Positions 27,716-39,200 of a stretch of 64,000 nucleotides of DNA are shown here, one piece after another (position 1 is the first letter of the stretch; every line of letters begins with the position of its first letter). This stretch comes from Bacteroidales bacterium. Its GTDB lineage: Bacteria > Bacteroidota > Bacteroidia > Bacteroidales > GWA2-32-17. Under the pieces are notes generated by a model that saw nothing but the letters and a program-made list of their open reading frames with translations, made no database searches and had not been told where the DNA came from. The position numbers and the translations under genes were made by a program. The stretch covers positions 64,146 through 128,145 of the forward strand of contig JAOAFV010000017.1 of the NCBI GenBank assembly GCA_026416095.1, written 5' to 3'.

Positions 27716-29053
27716 GTGGCCGAAAAAATTGTCATATTAGGTGCTGGTGAAAGTGGAATTGGTGCAGCTTTGCTTGCACAAAGCAAAAATTTTAATGTTT
27801 TTGTAAGCGATATAAACCTTATTAAAGAAAATTATAAAAATATCCTTATAAAAAATCATATTGATTTTGAAGAAGGTAAACATTCTCTCGATAAAATATT
27901 AAAGGCCGATTTAATAATTAAAAGCCCCGGTATAAGTAACGACTCTGATGTTGTAAAAGCTATTAAAGAAAAAGGTATAAAAATAGTGTCGGAAATAGAA
28001 TTTGCATATAAATATACAAACGCTTTTATAATTGCAATTACTGGAAGTAATGGAAAAACAACAACTACTCATATAACTTATACAATTTTAAAAAAGGCTG
28101 GCCTCAATGTTGGCGTTGCAGGCAATATTGGTAATAGCTTTGCTCTATCGGTATTACAAAATAATTATGATTATTATGTATTAGAAGTTAGTAGCTTTCA
28201 ACTCGAAGACATTTTTAGTTTTAAGCCAAATATAGCAATTATTTTAAATATTACTCAAAATCATCTTAATCGCTATAATTACAATTTTAACGAGTATGTT
28301 AAAGCTAAGTTTAACATTATTAAAAATCAAACTTCGAACGATTATCTTATTTATTGCAAAGACGATAAAACTATTACAACTTACTTAAACAATAATAAAA
28401 TACAATCATCTTTAATTCCTTTTAGTCTAACCGAAAAACTCGATATTGGAGGCTTTGTAGAGAACGATAAACTTGTTGTTAAACTGAATAAAAAAATTTT
28501 TACTATGTATATAAACGAATTATTATTAGAGGGGAAACATAATCAGTATAATACCCTTGCTGCAAGTATTACAGCTAAGTTATGCGATATTCGCAACCAG
28601 TTTATACGAGATGCTTTAAGTGGTATTACTAGTCTTGAACATCGCATGGAAAGAGTTATGAAAATTAAAGGTGTTGAATTTGTTAACGACTCAAAAGCAA
28701 CAAGCGTAAATGCTACTTGGTATGCACTAGAATATTTTAAGCCTCCTATAATATGGATAGCAGGCGGACAAGACAAAGGTAACGACTACTCTATTCTTTA
28801 CGAACTTATTGAAAAAAAAGTTAAAGCAATTATTTGTTTAGGTAAAGATAATAGTAGATTAATTAATGCACTTAAAAAATTTAACAAACCAATATACGAA
28901 ACAAAATCAATGGAAGAAGCTGTAAGAATAGCTTACAAAATATCTTCGCCAGGCGATACTGTTTTACTATCTCCTGCTTGTGCAAGCTTCGATTTATTTG
29001 AAAACTTCGAAGACAGAGGAAGAAGATTTAAAAAAGCTGTCAGAGATATTTAA
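27716..29053 (+). CDS. murD: UDP-N-acetylmuramoylalanine--D-glutamate ligase
   Basis: GTG start giving MAEKIVILGAGESGIG (Rossmann), the ITGSNGKTTT P-loop, and a LEHRME block. Confidence 0.92.
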   Translation: MAEKIVILGAGESGIGAALLAQSKNFNVFVSDINLIKENYKNILIKNHIDFEEGKHSLDKILKADLIIKSPGISNDSDVVKAIKEKGIKIVSEIEFAYKYTNAFIIAITGSNGKTTTTHITYTILKKAGLNVGVAGNIGNSFALSVLQNNYDYYVLEVSSFQLEDIFSFKPNIAIILNITQNHLNRYNYNFNEYVKAKFNIIKNQTSNDYLIYCKDDKTITTYLNNNKIQSSLIPFSLTEKLDIGGFVENDKLVVKLNKKIFTMYINELLLEGKHNQYNTLAASITAKLCDIRNQFIRDALSGITSLEHRMERVMKIKGVEFVNDSKATSVNATWYALEYFKPPIIWIAGGQDKGNDYSILYELIEKKVKAIICLGKDNSRLINALKKFNKPIYETKSMEEAVRIAYKISSPGDTVLLSPACASFDLFENFEDRGRRFKKAVRDI

Positions 29054-29061
29054 ACTATAGT

Positions 29062-30270
29062 ATGAACGGTATATTAAACAATATTATTAAAGGAGACAAA
29101 GTTATTTGGGGTATAATTTTCTTTCTAACTTCTATTTCCTTACTTGCAGTTTATAGCTCTACAGGTACCCTCATTTTTAAACATAAATACGATAGCTTAT
29201 TTTACTATCTACTTAAGCATAGTTCAATATTGTTTCTTGGTTTTATATTAATAATAATTTTCCAAAATATTTCAATAGTAATATACAATAGATTAGCTTT
29301 TCTTTTAGTATTTTTCTCTATTATTTTACTTGTATATACTCTTGTAAAGGGAGAAAATATAAATGAAGCATCAAGATGGATTACTATTCCTTTAATTCAA
29401 TTAAGCTTTCAAACATCCGACTTTGCTAAATTCTCTCTTATCGTCTTTGTTTCAAAATTTATTGCAAAATATTTACCCGAAAATAATTTCGACAAAAAAA
29501 AGTTTAATTTCGATTTCAATATTCTGAGCATAATTATAATCTTATGTTGTGGTCTAATTTTCCCAAATAATTTTTCTACATCATTTATTTTATTTATTAC
29601 AATTATTATATTGTTATTACTTGGCAAAATAAAAATCAAATATATTCTAAAACTTTCAACCTACTTTATAATTACAGGAGCCATTATAATAGGAATTTCG
29701 TTAATATTTTTTAAACATAAAACAAGAGTTATTACATGGAAAAATCGCATAGAATCTTTCATCTATCAAGATAATCATGAAAATAAAGACGACACTTACC
29801 AACTAACTCAAGCTAAAATTGCAATTGCAAATGGGGGCATTATCGGGAAAGGACCAGGAAATAGCATTCAGCGAAACTATTTACCACACCCCTATTCCGA
29901 TTTTATATTTGCCATTATTATTGAAGAATATGGTTTATTAACCGGAATATTAATTATTTTGGCATATTTAATTTTAGTTTACAAAGCTGGAGAAATAGTA
30001 AAAAAATCTACACGCGTTTTCCCTGCTTTTCTTGCTCTTGGGTTAATAATAATTTTAACAATTCAAGCATTTGTGCATATTTCAGTAAATATTGGATTAA
30101 TTCCGACCACAGGACAGCCACTACCTTTAGTAAGTATGGGAGGAACCTCAATAATTTTTACAAGCTTATCGCTCGGTATAATTTTAAATATAAGCACCTA
30201 CGTTAACAGTAAAAACGATACCAAAAATAAATCTGAAGAAAAACTTCAAAACAACAATGAATATGAATAA
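29062..30270 (+). CDS. ftsW: SEDS-family peptidoglycan glycosyltransferase FtsW
   Basis: Ten-TM FtsW/RodA/SpoVE pattern. Motifs: ASRWI, LQTSDFAKF, HPYSDFIFAIIIEEYG and PLPLVSMGGTS. Confidence 0.9.
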   Translation: MNGILNNIIKGDKVIWGIIFFLTSISLLAVYSSTGTLIFKHKYDSLFYYLLKHSSILFLGFILIIIFQNISIVIYNRLAFLLVFFSIILLVYTLVKGENINEASRWITIPLIQLSFQTSDFAKFSLIVFVSKFIAKYLPENNFDKKKFNFDFNILSIIIILCCGLIFPNNFSTSFILFITIIILLLLGKIKIKYILKLSTYFIITGAIIIGISLIFFKHKTRVITWKNRIESFIYQDNHENKDDTYQLTQAKIAIANGGIIGKGPGNSIQRNYLPHPYSDFIFAIIIEEYGLLTGILIILAYLILVYKAGEIVKKSTRVFPAFLALGLIIILTIQAFVHISVNIGLIPTTGQPLPLVSMGGTSIIFTSLSLGIILNISTYVNSKNDTKNKSEEKLQNNNEYE

Positions 30271-31387
30271 TGTAAATAATATAAGAGTTATAATTAGTGG
30301 GGGTGGTACAGGAGGCCACCTTTATCCTGCTCTTGCAATTGCTAACGCTATAAAAAAACTTTTACCTCAAACCGAAATTTTATTTGTTGGAGCACTTAAC
30401 AAAATAGAAATGGAAAAAGTACCTGCTGCTGGCTACAACATTATTGGCCTTCCTGTTAAAGGCTTTCAAAGAAAGATAACATTAAAAAATATTAATGTAC
30501 TATGGAACTTATATATTAGTTTAAAAAAGTCAAAAGCCATAATAGAAGAATTTAAACCAAATGTTGTTATTGGCACAGGTGGTTTTGCTTCTGCACCTAT
30601 ATTAAGGGTAGCAACAAAAAAAAGAATTCCAACAATAATTCAAGAACAAAATTCATTCCCTGGTATTACTAACAAAATTTTAGCTCCCCGTGTTAATCTT
30701 ATTTGTGTGGCTTATGAAAATATGGACAAATATTTTCCTGCTAATAAAATTAAACTTACAGGCAACCCAATACGTCAAGACATACTACAAAATCAAAACA
30801 TATTACGTCAAGAAGGATACTCCTATTTTGGTTTCAATAGCCAAAATAAAACAGTTCTGTCGTTAGGTGGCAGTTTAGGTGCCTTAACAATAAATGAAAG
30901 TATTTATAATAACATCGAAAAGTTTACTAATAACAACATACAATTAATTTGGCAAACTGGCAAAAATTTTTACTTTAAAGCACTCGATTTAATAAAATCA
31001 AAAAATATTCAGAATGTTAAAGTCTTCGACTTTATAGAACGAATGGATTATGCTTATGCTGTTGCAGATGTAGTTATATCAAGGGCAGGAGCAATTACAA
31101 TTTCTGAACTTGCAAGTGTAGCTAAACCTGCCATCTTAGTTCCATCGCCTAACGTAGCCGAAGATCATCAAACAAAAAATGCTATGGTATTAGTAGCAAA
31201 CGACGCTGCAACTCTTGTCCCCGATTCTGTTGCTCGTCAAATTCTTGTCGACGAAACAATAAAATTGTTAAACGATGAATTTAGATTAAAAGTTTACAAA
31301 AATAATATTTCACGACTTTCATTTAAGAATGCAGCTGAAATTATAGCTAAAGAAGCTTTAAAACTCGCTTATGTTGAACTTAAATAA
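30257..31387 (+). CDS. murG: UDP-GlcNAc:lipid I N-acetylglucosaminyltransferase
   Basis: ISGGGTGGHLYPALA, GTGGFAS, SRAGAITISE and EDHQTKNA. Confidence 0.93.
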   Translation: MNMNNVNNIRVIISGGGTGGHLYPALAIANAIKKLLPQTEILFVGALNKIEMEKVPAAGYNIIGLPVKGFQRKITLKNINVLWNLYISLKKSKAIIEEFKPNVVIGTGGFASAPILRVATKKRIPTIIQEQNSFPGITNKILAPRVNLICVAYENMDKYFPANKIKLTGNPIRQDILQNQNILRQEGYSYFGFNSQNKTVLSLGGSLGALTINESIYNNIEKFTNNNIQLIWQTGKNFYFKALDLIKSKNIQNVKVFDFIERMDYAYAVADVVISRAGAITISELASVAKPAILVPSPNVAEDHQTKNAMVLVANDAATLVPDSVARQILVDETIKLLNDEFRLKVYKNNISRLSFKNAAEIIAKEALKLAYVELK

Positions 31388-32729
31388 AATATCAAATATT
31401 TTTTTTATTGGTATTGGCGGTGCTGGTATGAGCGCATTAGCTCAATATTTTAAACTTTTAAATTACAATGTTTTTGGCTACGACGCAAATTTATCTGACT
31501 TTACAGATCTCTTGGAATCTAAAAATATTTCTATTTCTTATACCGACAATACCGATATTATTACATCTCTTAATCCAATAAATACTTTAGTCATTTATAC
31601 CCCTGCAATCGACAGTGCAAATAATATTTACAATTATTTCAGAAACAACAATTTTGCGATGTACAAACGAGCCGAAGTATTGGCTAACATCTTTAATAGT
31701 TATAATAACAAAATTGCTATTGCTGGTACACACGGTAAAACTACAATTACAGCCTTAGTTTCACATATATTAAATATTTCTCCCTACAAACCTATTGCCT
31801 TTATTGGGGGCATTAGTTTAAATTACCATACAAACCTTTTATATAACCAAAATCCAAAATATATTATAACCGAGGCCGATGAATTCAATAACTCCTTTCT
31901 CTTATTAAATCCTACCTTTGCAATTATTTCGTCTATTGAAAACGATCACTTCGATACTTTTAATTCATATAACGAAATAATAAGTGCTTTTCAGGCTTTT
32001 GCGAGATTGATTAATCGTAATGGCTATTTAGTTGTTCATGAATCAATTGCTAAATACTTTACTAATGACAATATTTTTGTCTATTCAGGAAATTCTAAAG
32101 TAAACAAAATAGCAAATGTAAAATTAATAGATAATTATTTTTACATAGATATACAAACAGAATTTGGAAAAATTAACAAAGTTAGACCATTATTATATGG
32201 TACCCACAATTACGAAAATATGCTTGCTGCAACAATTTTGCTACAATTATTAAACATCGATAACAACATAATAAAAGAAGGAATAGAAACATTTAAAGGA
32301 GTAAAACGCCGCTTCGAAATAGTTTATCAAACAAATAATATTACAATAATCGACGATTATGCACATCATCCAACTGCAATAGCTAAAACAATAGAAACAG
32401 CAAGGAAAATATTTAAAAACAAAAAGATAACAGTAATATTTCAACCACACTTATATTCACGAACACTTCACTTATATAATGAATTTGCCGAATCTTTATC
32501 ATTATCAGATGAAGTTATACTATTCGATATATATGCTGCACGTGAAAAACCTATTAAAAACGTCTCTTCTGCTATTATACTCGACAAAATAAAAATACCT
32601 CTTAAGACACTATCCAATTTTGATAATATAAAAAAAGATATTGTTAAAAATAATCAAGAAATAATAATTATTATGGGAGCTGGCAATATTAATAAAATTA
32701 AAGAAACACTTATAGAAATTTATAAATGA
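31371..32729 (+). CDS. murC: UDP-N-acetylmuramate--L-alanine ligase
   Basis: FFIGIGGAGMSALA, the IAGTHGKTT P-loop and DDYAHHP. Confidence 0.92.
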   Translation: MLNLNKISNIFFIGIGGAGMSALAQYFKLLNYNVFGYDANLSDFTDLLESKNISISYTDNTDIITSLNPINTLVIYTPAIDSANNIYNYFRNNNFAMYKRAEVLANIFNSYNNKIAIAGTHGKTTITALVSHILNISPYKPIAFIGGISLNYHTNLLYNQNPKYIITEADEFNNSFLLLNPTFAIISSIENDHFDTFNSYNEIISAFQAFARLINRNGYLVVHESIAKYFTNDNIFVYSGNSKVNKIANVKLIDNYFYIDIQTEFGKINKVRPLLYGTHNYENMLAATILLQLLNIDNNIIKEGIETFKGVKRRFEIVYQTNNITIIDDYAHHPTAIAKTIETARKIFKNKKITVIFQPHLYSRTLHLYNEFAESLSLSDEVILFDIYAAREKPIKNVSSAIILDKIKIPLKTLSNFDNIKKDIVKNNQEIIIIMGAGNINKIKETLIEIYK

Positions 32730-33553
32730 ACAATAAAATAATAAATATTGTTTACAAAATGTTACTAAACTCTTTAATAATACTATTTTTCATCGTTACT
32801 ATTAGTTTCACTATTAGAAAAAACAACAATATTATATGCAAAAGAATAAATATTTTTATACGCGATTCTGCCGACGTAAAATTCGTTTCGGCTTCTGATA
32901 TATTAGAGATATTAAAAAATAAAAATATTTCTATAATTAATCAAAAATTACATTCTTTACCTATCTATTCTATTGAGCAAATACTTAAAAACATACCTTC
33001 GGTAAAAAATGCCGAAGTTTATACTACCATCGACAGTACTCTAACTATAGAAATAACACAACGAAAGCCAATTGTAAGAATAATCACCGATAACTTTTTT
33101 AGCTTTTACATTGACAATGAAGGGTATATTTTCCCCATATCTAACAACTACACTGCACATACTCTTATTGCTTCTGGGTACATAAGAGAAAACATATACT
33201 CTTATAACACAAATAACGTAAATGAAATAGATTCGATCACTAAGATAAAAAAGACAAGAAGCCACATTTCTGAAATATATAAAATTGCAAAAGCAATTTA
33301 TAACGACTCACTTATGAATCCTTTAATAAGTCAAATATATTATAATACTGCAATGCAAATTGAATTAACTCCTATAATAGGAAAATTCAACTTTATTATA
33401 GGAGACACAACTTCGCTCAACGAAAAACTAAAAAAGATATCTATTTTTTATAAAGAAATTTACCCTCGCCTCGACTCAACCTATCGCATTGAAAAAGTAA
33501 ATCTTATGTTTAAGAATCAAATAGTATGTAAAAAAATAAATACAACATTATGA
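32726..33553 (+). CDS. ftsQ: Cell division protein FtsQ (POTRA-containing)
   Basis: N-terminal TM and a POTRA-like region. Position between murC and ftsA, with 4-nt overlaps on both sides. Sequence motifs are weak. Confidence 0.7.
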   Translation: MNNKIINIVYKMLLNSLIILFFIVTISFTIRKNNNIICKRINIFIRDSADVKFVSASDILEILKNKNISIINQKLHSLPIYSIEQILKNIPSVKNAEVYTTIDSTLTIEITQRKPIVRIITDNFFSFYIDNEGYIFPISNNYTAHTLIASGYIRENIYSYNTNNVNEIDSITKIKKTRSHISEIYKIAKAIYNDSLMNPLISQIYYNTAMQIELTPIIGKFNFIIGDTTSLNEKLKKISIFYKEIYPRLDSTYRIEKVNLMFKNQIVCKKINTTL

Positions 33554-34893
33554 ATAATGGAATTATTTCAGTAATAGATATTGGAACAACTAAAATTGTA
33601 TGTATTATTGCCAAGGTAGATACTGACAATAAAATTAAAATTTTGGGTTTTGGACAAGAAAAGTCAAATGGTATAAAAAGGGGAAACATATTTAATATAA
33701 TTGAAGCAAAAGAATCAATAAAAAAAGCTATAGAAAAAGCCCAACAAATGGCAAACATAAAAATAGAAAATGTTTACATAGGCATTGCAGGACAAAGTAT
33801 CGATTCAATGCTAAATAGCACGAATATTACCAGACGTAATTCAGAAATACCAATTTCTGCCGAAGAACTAAAAGAAATTTTTAACGATCAATATTCAATA
33901 CCCCTTAAACAAGATGAACAAATTTTAGAAATTTTCCCAAGTCAGTATTATTTAGATGATGAAAAAGTCGATTCACCAATAGGAGCACTTGGTACCAATT
34001 TTAAAGCTAACTTTATTATTGTATATGGTAAAAAACAAAATATCGACAGAATTAAAAAATGTTTGAACGAACTAAATTTAAATGTAGTAAAAATATTCTT
34101 AGAACCACTTGCTTCTGCCGAAGCCATTTTATCTGAAGCCGAGAAAATTGGGGGTATAATGTTAATCGACATTGGAGGTGGCACCAGCGACGTAATTATT
34201 TATAAAGATAATTTTATTAAATACACTACAATTATTCCTTTTGGTGGTAATAATATCACCAACGATATTAAAACACTATTTAAATTACTTGAAAACGATG
34301 CAGAAACAATAAAAATAAAATTCGGGAAAGCAATAGCCACCTCCCAAGATCGGGAAGAAGTAATTATTCTAAAATCACAAACTCAACAACTTGAAGAAAT
34401 AAAAATCGAAACATCAATGCTTACAAACATCGTTGGTTCACGCATGAGAGAAATTTTTGGAATAATAGATGCTAAAGTTTCGGCAGTATTAAACACCAAG
34501 CTTAGCGATTATCTTAATTACGGTATAGTATTAACAGGGGGTGGAGCATTGCTTTCAAGAATCGATATCCTTTCCTCTCAAATTTTTGGAACAATATCTA
34601 AAATAAGACATTCAAATGTCATTATTGACCAAGAATATCAATCGTTACTACTTAAACCACAATATTCTACCGTTATCGGTTTGATTTTACTTGCTAACAA
34701 ACATTTAAACTCGATCAAAGAAAATACTTACAATACTATAAACTCAGCCTCAATTATCGAAAGTAATAAACCTATTACCATTAAAAACAATGAAAAATAC
34801 GATGTTAATTTAAAAAAAGAGAAAAAGAAAAAAGTTAATAAAATTATCATTAAAATAGGCGAGATTTTTAAACCAGACGATAATAACTTTTAA
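33550..34893 (+). CDS. ftsA: Cell division protein FtsA (actin-like ATPase)
   Basis: VIDIGTTKIVCIIA, IDIGGGTSDV and LTGGGALL. Confidence 0.92.
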   Translation: MNNGIISVIDIGTTKIVCIIAKVDTDNKIKILGFGQEKSNGIKRGNIFNIIEAKESIKKAIEKAQQMANIKIENVYIGIAGQSIDSMLNSTNITRRNSEIPISAEELKEIFNDQYSIPLKQDEQILEIFPSQYYLDDEKVDSPIGALGTNFKANFIIVYGKKQNIDRIKKCLNELNLNVVKIFLEPLASAEAILSEAEKIGGIMLIDIGGGTSDVIIYKDNFIKYTTIIPFGGNNITNDIKTLFKLLENDAETIKIKFGKAIATSQDREEVIILKSQTQQLEEIKIETSMLTNIVGSRMREIFGIIDAKVSAVLNTKLSDYLNYGIVLTGGGALLSRIDILSSQIFGTISKIRHSNVIIDQEYQSLLLKPQYSTVIGLILLANKHLNSIKENTYNTINSASIIESNKPITIKNNEKYDVNLKKEKKKKVNKIIIKIGEIFKPDDNNF

Positions 34894-34905
34894 AAAATAA
34901 AGCAT

Positions 34906-36201
34906 ATGGAAAACAATAACAAATTTTTAGAATTTCAGATAGAAGAAAATGCACCTTCTATAATAAAAGTATTAGGTGTAGGAGGTGGTGGTACAAATGC
35001 AGTAAATTTCATGTATAATATGGGTATTAAAGGTGTAGATTTTATTGTATGTAATACCGACTTGCAAGCCCTACGAAGTAGCCCTATTCCAACTAAAATA
35101 CCACTTGGGCAATCGCTCACTCAAGGACTTGGAGCAGGAAGTAACCCCGAAAAAGGTAAACAAGCCGCTATCGAAAGCATAAATGCCATTGAAGAAGCAT
35201 TAAAAACAGCTAAAATGGTATTTATTACTGCAGGATTTGGTGGAGGAACTGGTACTGGAGCTGCCCCCATCATAGCAAAAAGAGCTAAAGAATTAGGATT
35301 ACTTACTATTGCTATTGTAACTCTACCTTTCGTTTTCGAAGGAAAAAAAAGATATAATTATGCCATAGAAGGAATAAGAGAAATAAAAAATAACGTTGAC
35401 TCACTCCTAATAATTAATAACGAAAAAATTCGTGAAATTTATGGCAACTTACCATTTAAGGAAGGTTTTGGAAAAGCAAACGAAATATTACTAACCGCTG
35501 CCAAAGGAATAGCAGAAATCATTACCGTGCCCGGATATATTAATGTTGATTTTGCCGATGTAGAGACAGTTATGAAAAATAGTGGTGTAGCAATTATGGG
35601 CGCAGGAGTTGCCGAAGGCGAAAATAGAGCAATCAATGCTGTTAAGAAAGCTCTTAATTCTCCTTTACTAAATAATAACGATATAAAGGGGGCAAAAAAC
35701 ATATTATTAAACATTTCATCAGGCGAACCCCAAATAACTATTGATGAAATATATTCAATAAGCGATTTTATACAAAAAAGTACAAAAGGTTGCGATATTA
35801 TTTTAGGAGTAAACGATGACTTTTCTCTTGAAAATAAAATTTCGGTAACAATAATAGCAACTGGTTTCGATGCCGAAGATGTTGTTCCAGAATCGCAAAA
35901 ACCTAAAGTCCACATAATAGAAAAAAACGATAACAAAATCTTACACCATAAACCTCAGGAACAAGTCATAGATTTTAATACTAATATTCAAAATGAAGAA
36001 CCTGTGGTTTATGTCCCCATAAATTTAGATCTACAAGATAATTCTAAAATTGACGAATTCGATGAAAAACCTGCTATTTTAAGAAATCAAAAGTTAAAAG
36101 ATCACAAAAACTCTACGCAACAACCATCGCGCATAATTATTAAGGACAACCACTTAGAAATAAACGACGAAAATCCATATTTCAGAAAAAAAGTAGATTA
36201 A
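34906..36201 (+). CDS. ftsZ: Cell division GTPase FtsZ
   Basis: GVGGGGTNAVN, the GGGTGTGAAP tubulin signature, NTD..AL, and a long disordered C-terminal linker. Confidence 0.97.
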   Translation: MENNNKFLEFQIEENAPSIIKVLGVGGGGTNAVNFMYNMGIKGVDFIVCNTDLQALRSSPIPTKIPLGQSLTQGLGAGSNPEKGKQAAIESINAIEEALKTAKMVFITAGFGGGTGTGAAPIIAKRAKELGLLTIAIVTLPFVFEGKKRYNYAIEGIREIKNNVDSLLIINNEKIREIYGNLPFKEGFGKANEILLTAAKGIAEIITVPGYINVDFADVETVMKNSGVAIMGAGVAEGENRAINAVKKALNSPLLNNNDIKGAKNILLNISSGEPQITIDEIYSISDFIQKSTKGCDIILGVNDDFSLENKISVTIIATGFDAEDVVPESQKPKVHIIEKNDNKILHHKPQEQVIDFNTNIQNEEPVVYVPINLDLQDNSKIDEFDEKPAILRNQKLKDHKNSTQQPSRIIIKDNHLEINDENPYFRKKVD

Positions 36202-36209
36202 ATAACACT

Positions 36210-39200
36210 TTAACGTAATACTACAACTCTGCCACTTTCAACGTGTTCTAAATTTCTTTTATCTTTATAAATAACTTTCCATGTATAAACATCGGGTGGA
36301 ACAAACTTTCCAGTAGTTGTTCTACCATCCCAACCTTCACTTCTTTCTTTGTCAACATAAAACTTATTAGTACTCCATATTACATTTCCCCACCTGTCGT
36401 AAATTTCTAATAAAAATCCTTCTTCCTTTATTCCATGCCCTTTTATGAAAAAGTAATCATTAACCTTGTTTCCATCAGGGCTAAACGCATCGGGAGCATA
36501 AAATGTATGGGGTTCAACTACTGTTAACAAAGCAGTTGCTGTATCTTTACATCCTTTTTCACTTATAGTAATTAATTTTACAATGTAATCGCCTGCTTTT
36601 TCATATTTATGAATAGGATGCTTATTAGTTGAACTATCGCCATCTCCAAAATCCCATATGTAAATACTACCACCATTACTCATGTTTTCAAATTGCACTT
36701 CAGCATTTATTTCATTCACAACTTGAGGTTCCCATTTAAAAGAAGCGGTAGGCCTTGGCCATACTTTTATAAAATTAGGATAAGTTTTTGAAAATTCACA
36801 CCCTTCTTTTGAAGTCACTGTCAATTGCACCGTAAATGTACCAGGAATGTTATAAACATGAACTGGATTTTTTTGTATCGACAAGTTACTATTGTCTCCG
36901 AAATTCCAAAGATAAGTTTGCCCACTATCTGGACTAGTTTCATGAAAATGAACTGTTAATGGTACACAACCCTGCACAGTATCGGCAATTACATTGATCG
37001 ACGGTAAGGGGTATGTTTGAATGTATATACTCGAAGTATCTTTTGTTCCACAGGCATCTTCTATAAGTATCCAATAATAACCACTTTCTTGTGGATTTAT
37101 AATAATTGGAGGCGTAACTACATTTCCTGCTTGATTGTAAATAATATAAGGAGGACCTACACCACCCCATATTATTGGAGATAACATTACAGGATCGCCC
37201 GGACATACTATATTCGTATTTGCTACTAATTGAGTTTGAATTGGTGGTGCAATATAAACAGTTGTACTTAACATACTTGTAGAACAACCATTAAAATCTA
37301 CAACCTGAGCATAGTAAGTAGTATTCTCTTCTGGAAAGACTATTATTGTTGGATTAGATTGTTCTCCATTCCAGAAAAAATTGTATGGTGGAGTTCCTCC
37401 TGAAACGTTAATAGTTAATGTTGCAGACTGTCCTAAACAAATATTTTGTGATGGAGTTACATTTGCAATTAATTTAGGAGGTTGTTTAACTTCTATTCCA
37501 CTAACTTTACTACAACCATTATTATCTAAAACAGTAACAAGATACACATTTGCAGGTATATTACTTAATGCCGAAGTATTTGCACCATTACTCCAATAGT
37601 AAGTATAAGGAGGAGTTCCCCCTGTTACATTTGCTGTAACACTGCCATTACTTTGACCAAAACATAGTACATCGGTTTTAGACAAAAATAATGATAATGA
37701 ATCGGGATTTATAATATTAACAGTTGTTATCGTTGATAAACAACCATTCACGCTCACTTGCAAACTTATACTATGTTGCCCAGCTGTTGGCCAATAGACC
37801 TGATGAGGGCCTATTCCTGTACCCGGCGCTGCATATCCACCTCCCCAATTCCAAATAAACTGAGGAACACCATCTGCCACGCCAGTATATGTTATTGTTG
37901 AAGCATCTCCAAAACATTTTATTGGAGTTGCTGTAAAAGTACTACTTGGTATCCTTGTTAATTGAACAACAACAGTATCGGAATCAATGCATCCATTATT
38001 GTTTTCTGTCCACACAAATACATATTGTCCAGTTTGTGACACTAAAATCTGAGTGGTAGGGCTATATATATTACTAAACATAACCAAATTAGGCAAGTTT
38101 GTAGACCATACACCATTTCCTACCGATGGAATAGCATTCAAAGTATAAGTTAAACCACATACTGCTGTATCATTACCTGCATTAGCATTTGGTTGTTGAT
38201 AAGACGAAACTGTAACAGTGCTACTGGCAGTACAACCATTGTTGTTAACAAACCAAGTAAAGGTGTAGACACCATCATTTTGAACATTAACAGTAGTATT
38301 AGGATTATTAACATTAGAAAAAGTAACACCATTCGAAGGATTTGCCGACCAGGTACCAATACCAACATTCATCGAAGCATTTAACTGAAACTGATGACTA
38401 CATACCGAAAAATTATTACCAGCATTTGCCACTGGTTGCTGATAAAAAGTTATTACAACAGTATCAGCATTCCAGCACGATGGATTAACTGTTTCTGTCC
38501 ATACAAACTGATATGTCCCTTCTTGTGTAACCGTCACAGTAGCATTAGGATTAGAAACATTCGAAAATGTTACATTAGAAGGCGTAACAGACCAACTTCC
38601 ATTCATAGATGGTATACATTCAAGAGTGGTAGATAAACCACATACTGTTTTATCTGGCCCTGCATTTGGTGTAGGTAAAGAACAGCACATAGGACTACCC
38701 AAACCATAAACTGTAACCTGTACACTTGTAGTTTGACTTGTACAGCCATTCTGTGTTACTGTTAAAGTTAAAGTGTAAGTGCCTGGTGTATTCCAAGTTA
38801 TTTGATGTGGCCCTTGCCCTGTACCACCACTTATTATTGTAGCACCAGCAAAATTCCAATTATATGTTGCATTAGGTCCAGCATTACCAGTATACGTAAT
38901 AGTAGATGGTTCCCCTGCACAAATGTTGGTAGCAGTAAATGTTGAAGTTGGAGTTTGATTAACAGTTACATCTACTGCATCTGTTGCTGTTTGACCACAA
39001 GCATCGGATACAGTTACAACATAATGAGAAGAACCAACAGGAGGTGTTACTTGTATGCTTTGTGTAGTTTGTCCTGTACTCCATTGGTAATTTAAAGATC
39101 CACTACCTCCTTGTGTAGTTACAGATAGTGAAACCGGCAAATTATAATCGCAAACTGTTTGATCGGCTCCAGCATTAACAGATAATGGAGTAGCATCAAC

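Noticed and set aside
35439-35936. 165-aa ORF antisense to ftsZ, and similar antisense ORFs inside the AsmA, murE, mraY, ftsA, sdhB and adhesin 2 genes
   Set aside because: Each is embedded opposite a conserved gene, and none has a promoter box or any family motif. They are typical antisense shadow frames.
21199-36201. Absence of murF and ddl from the dcw cluster
   Set aside because: As far as I know this gene order (mraZ-rsmH-ftsL-ftsI-murE-mraY-murD-ftsW-murG-murC-ftsQ-ftsA-ftsZ) is the normal Bacteroidota arrangement, so it is not an anomaly.
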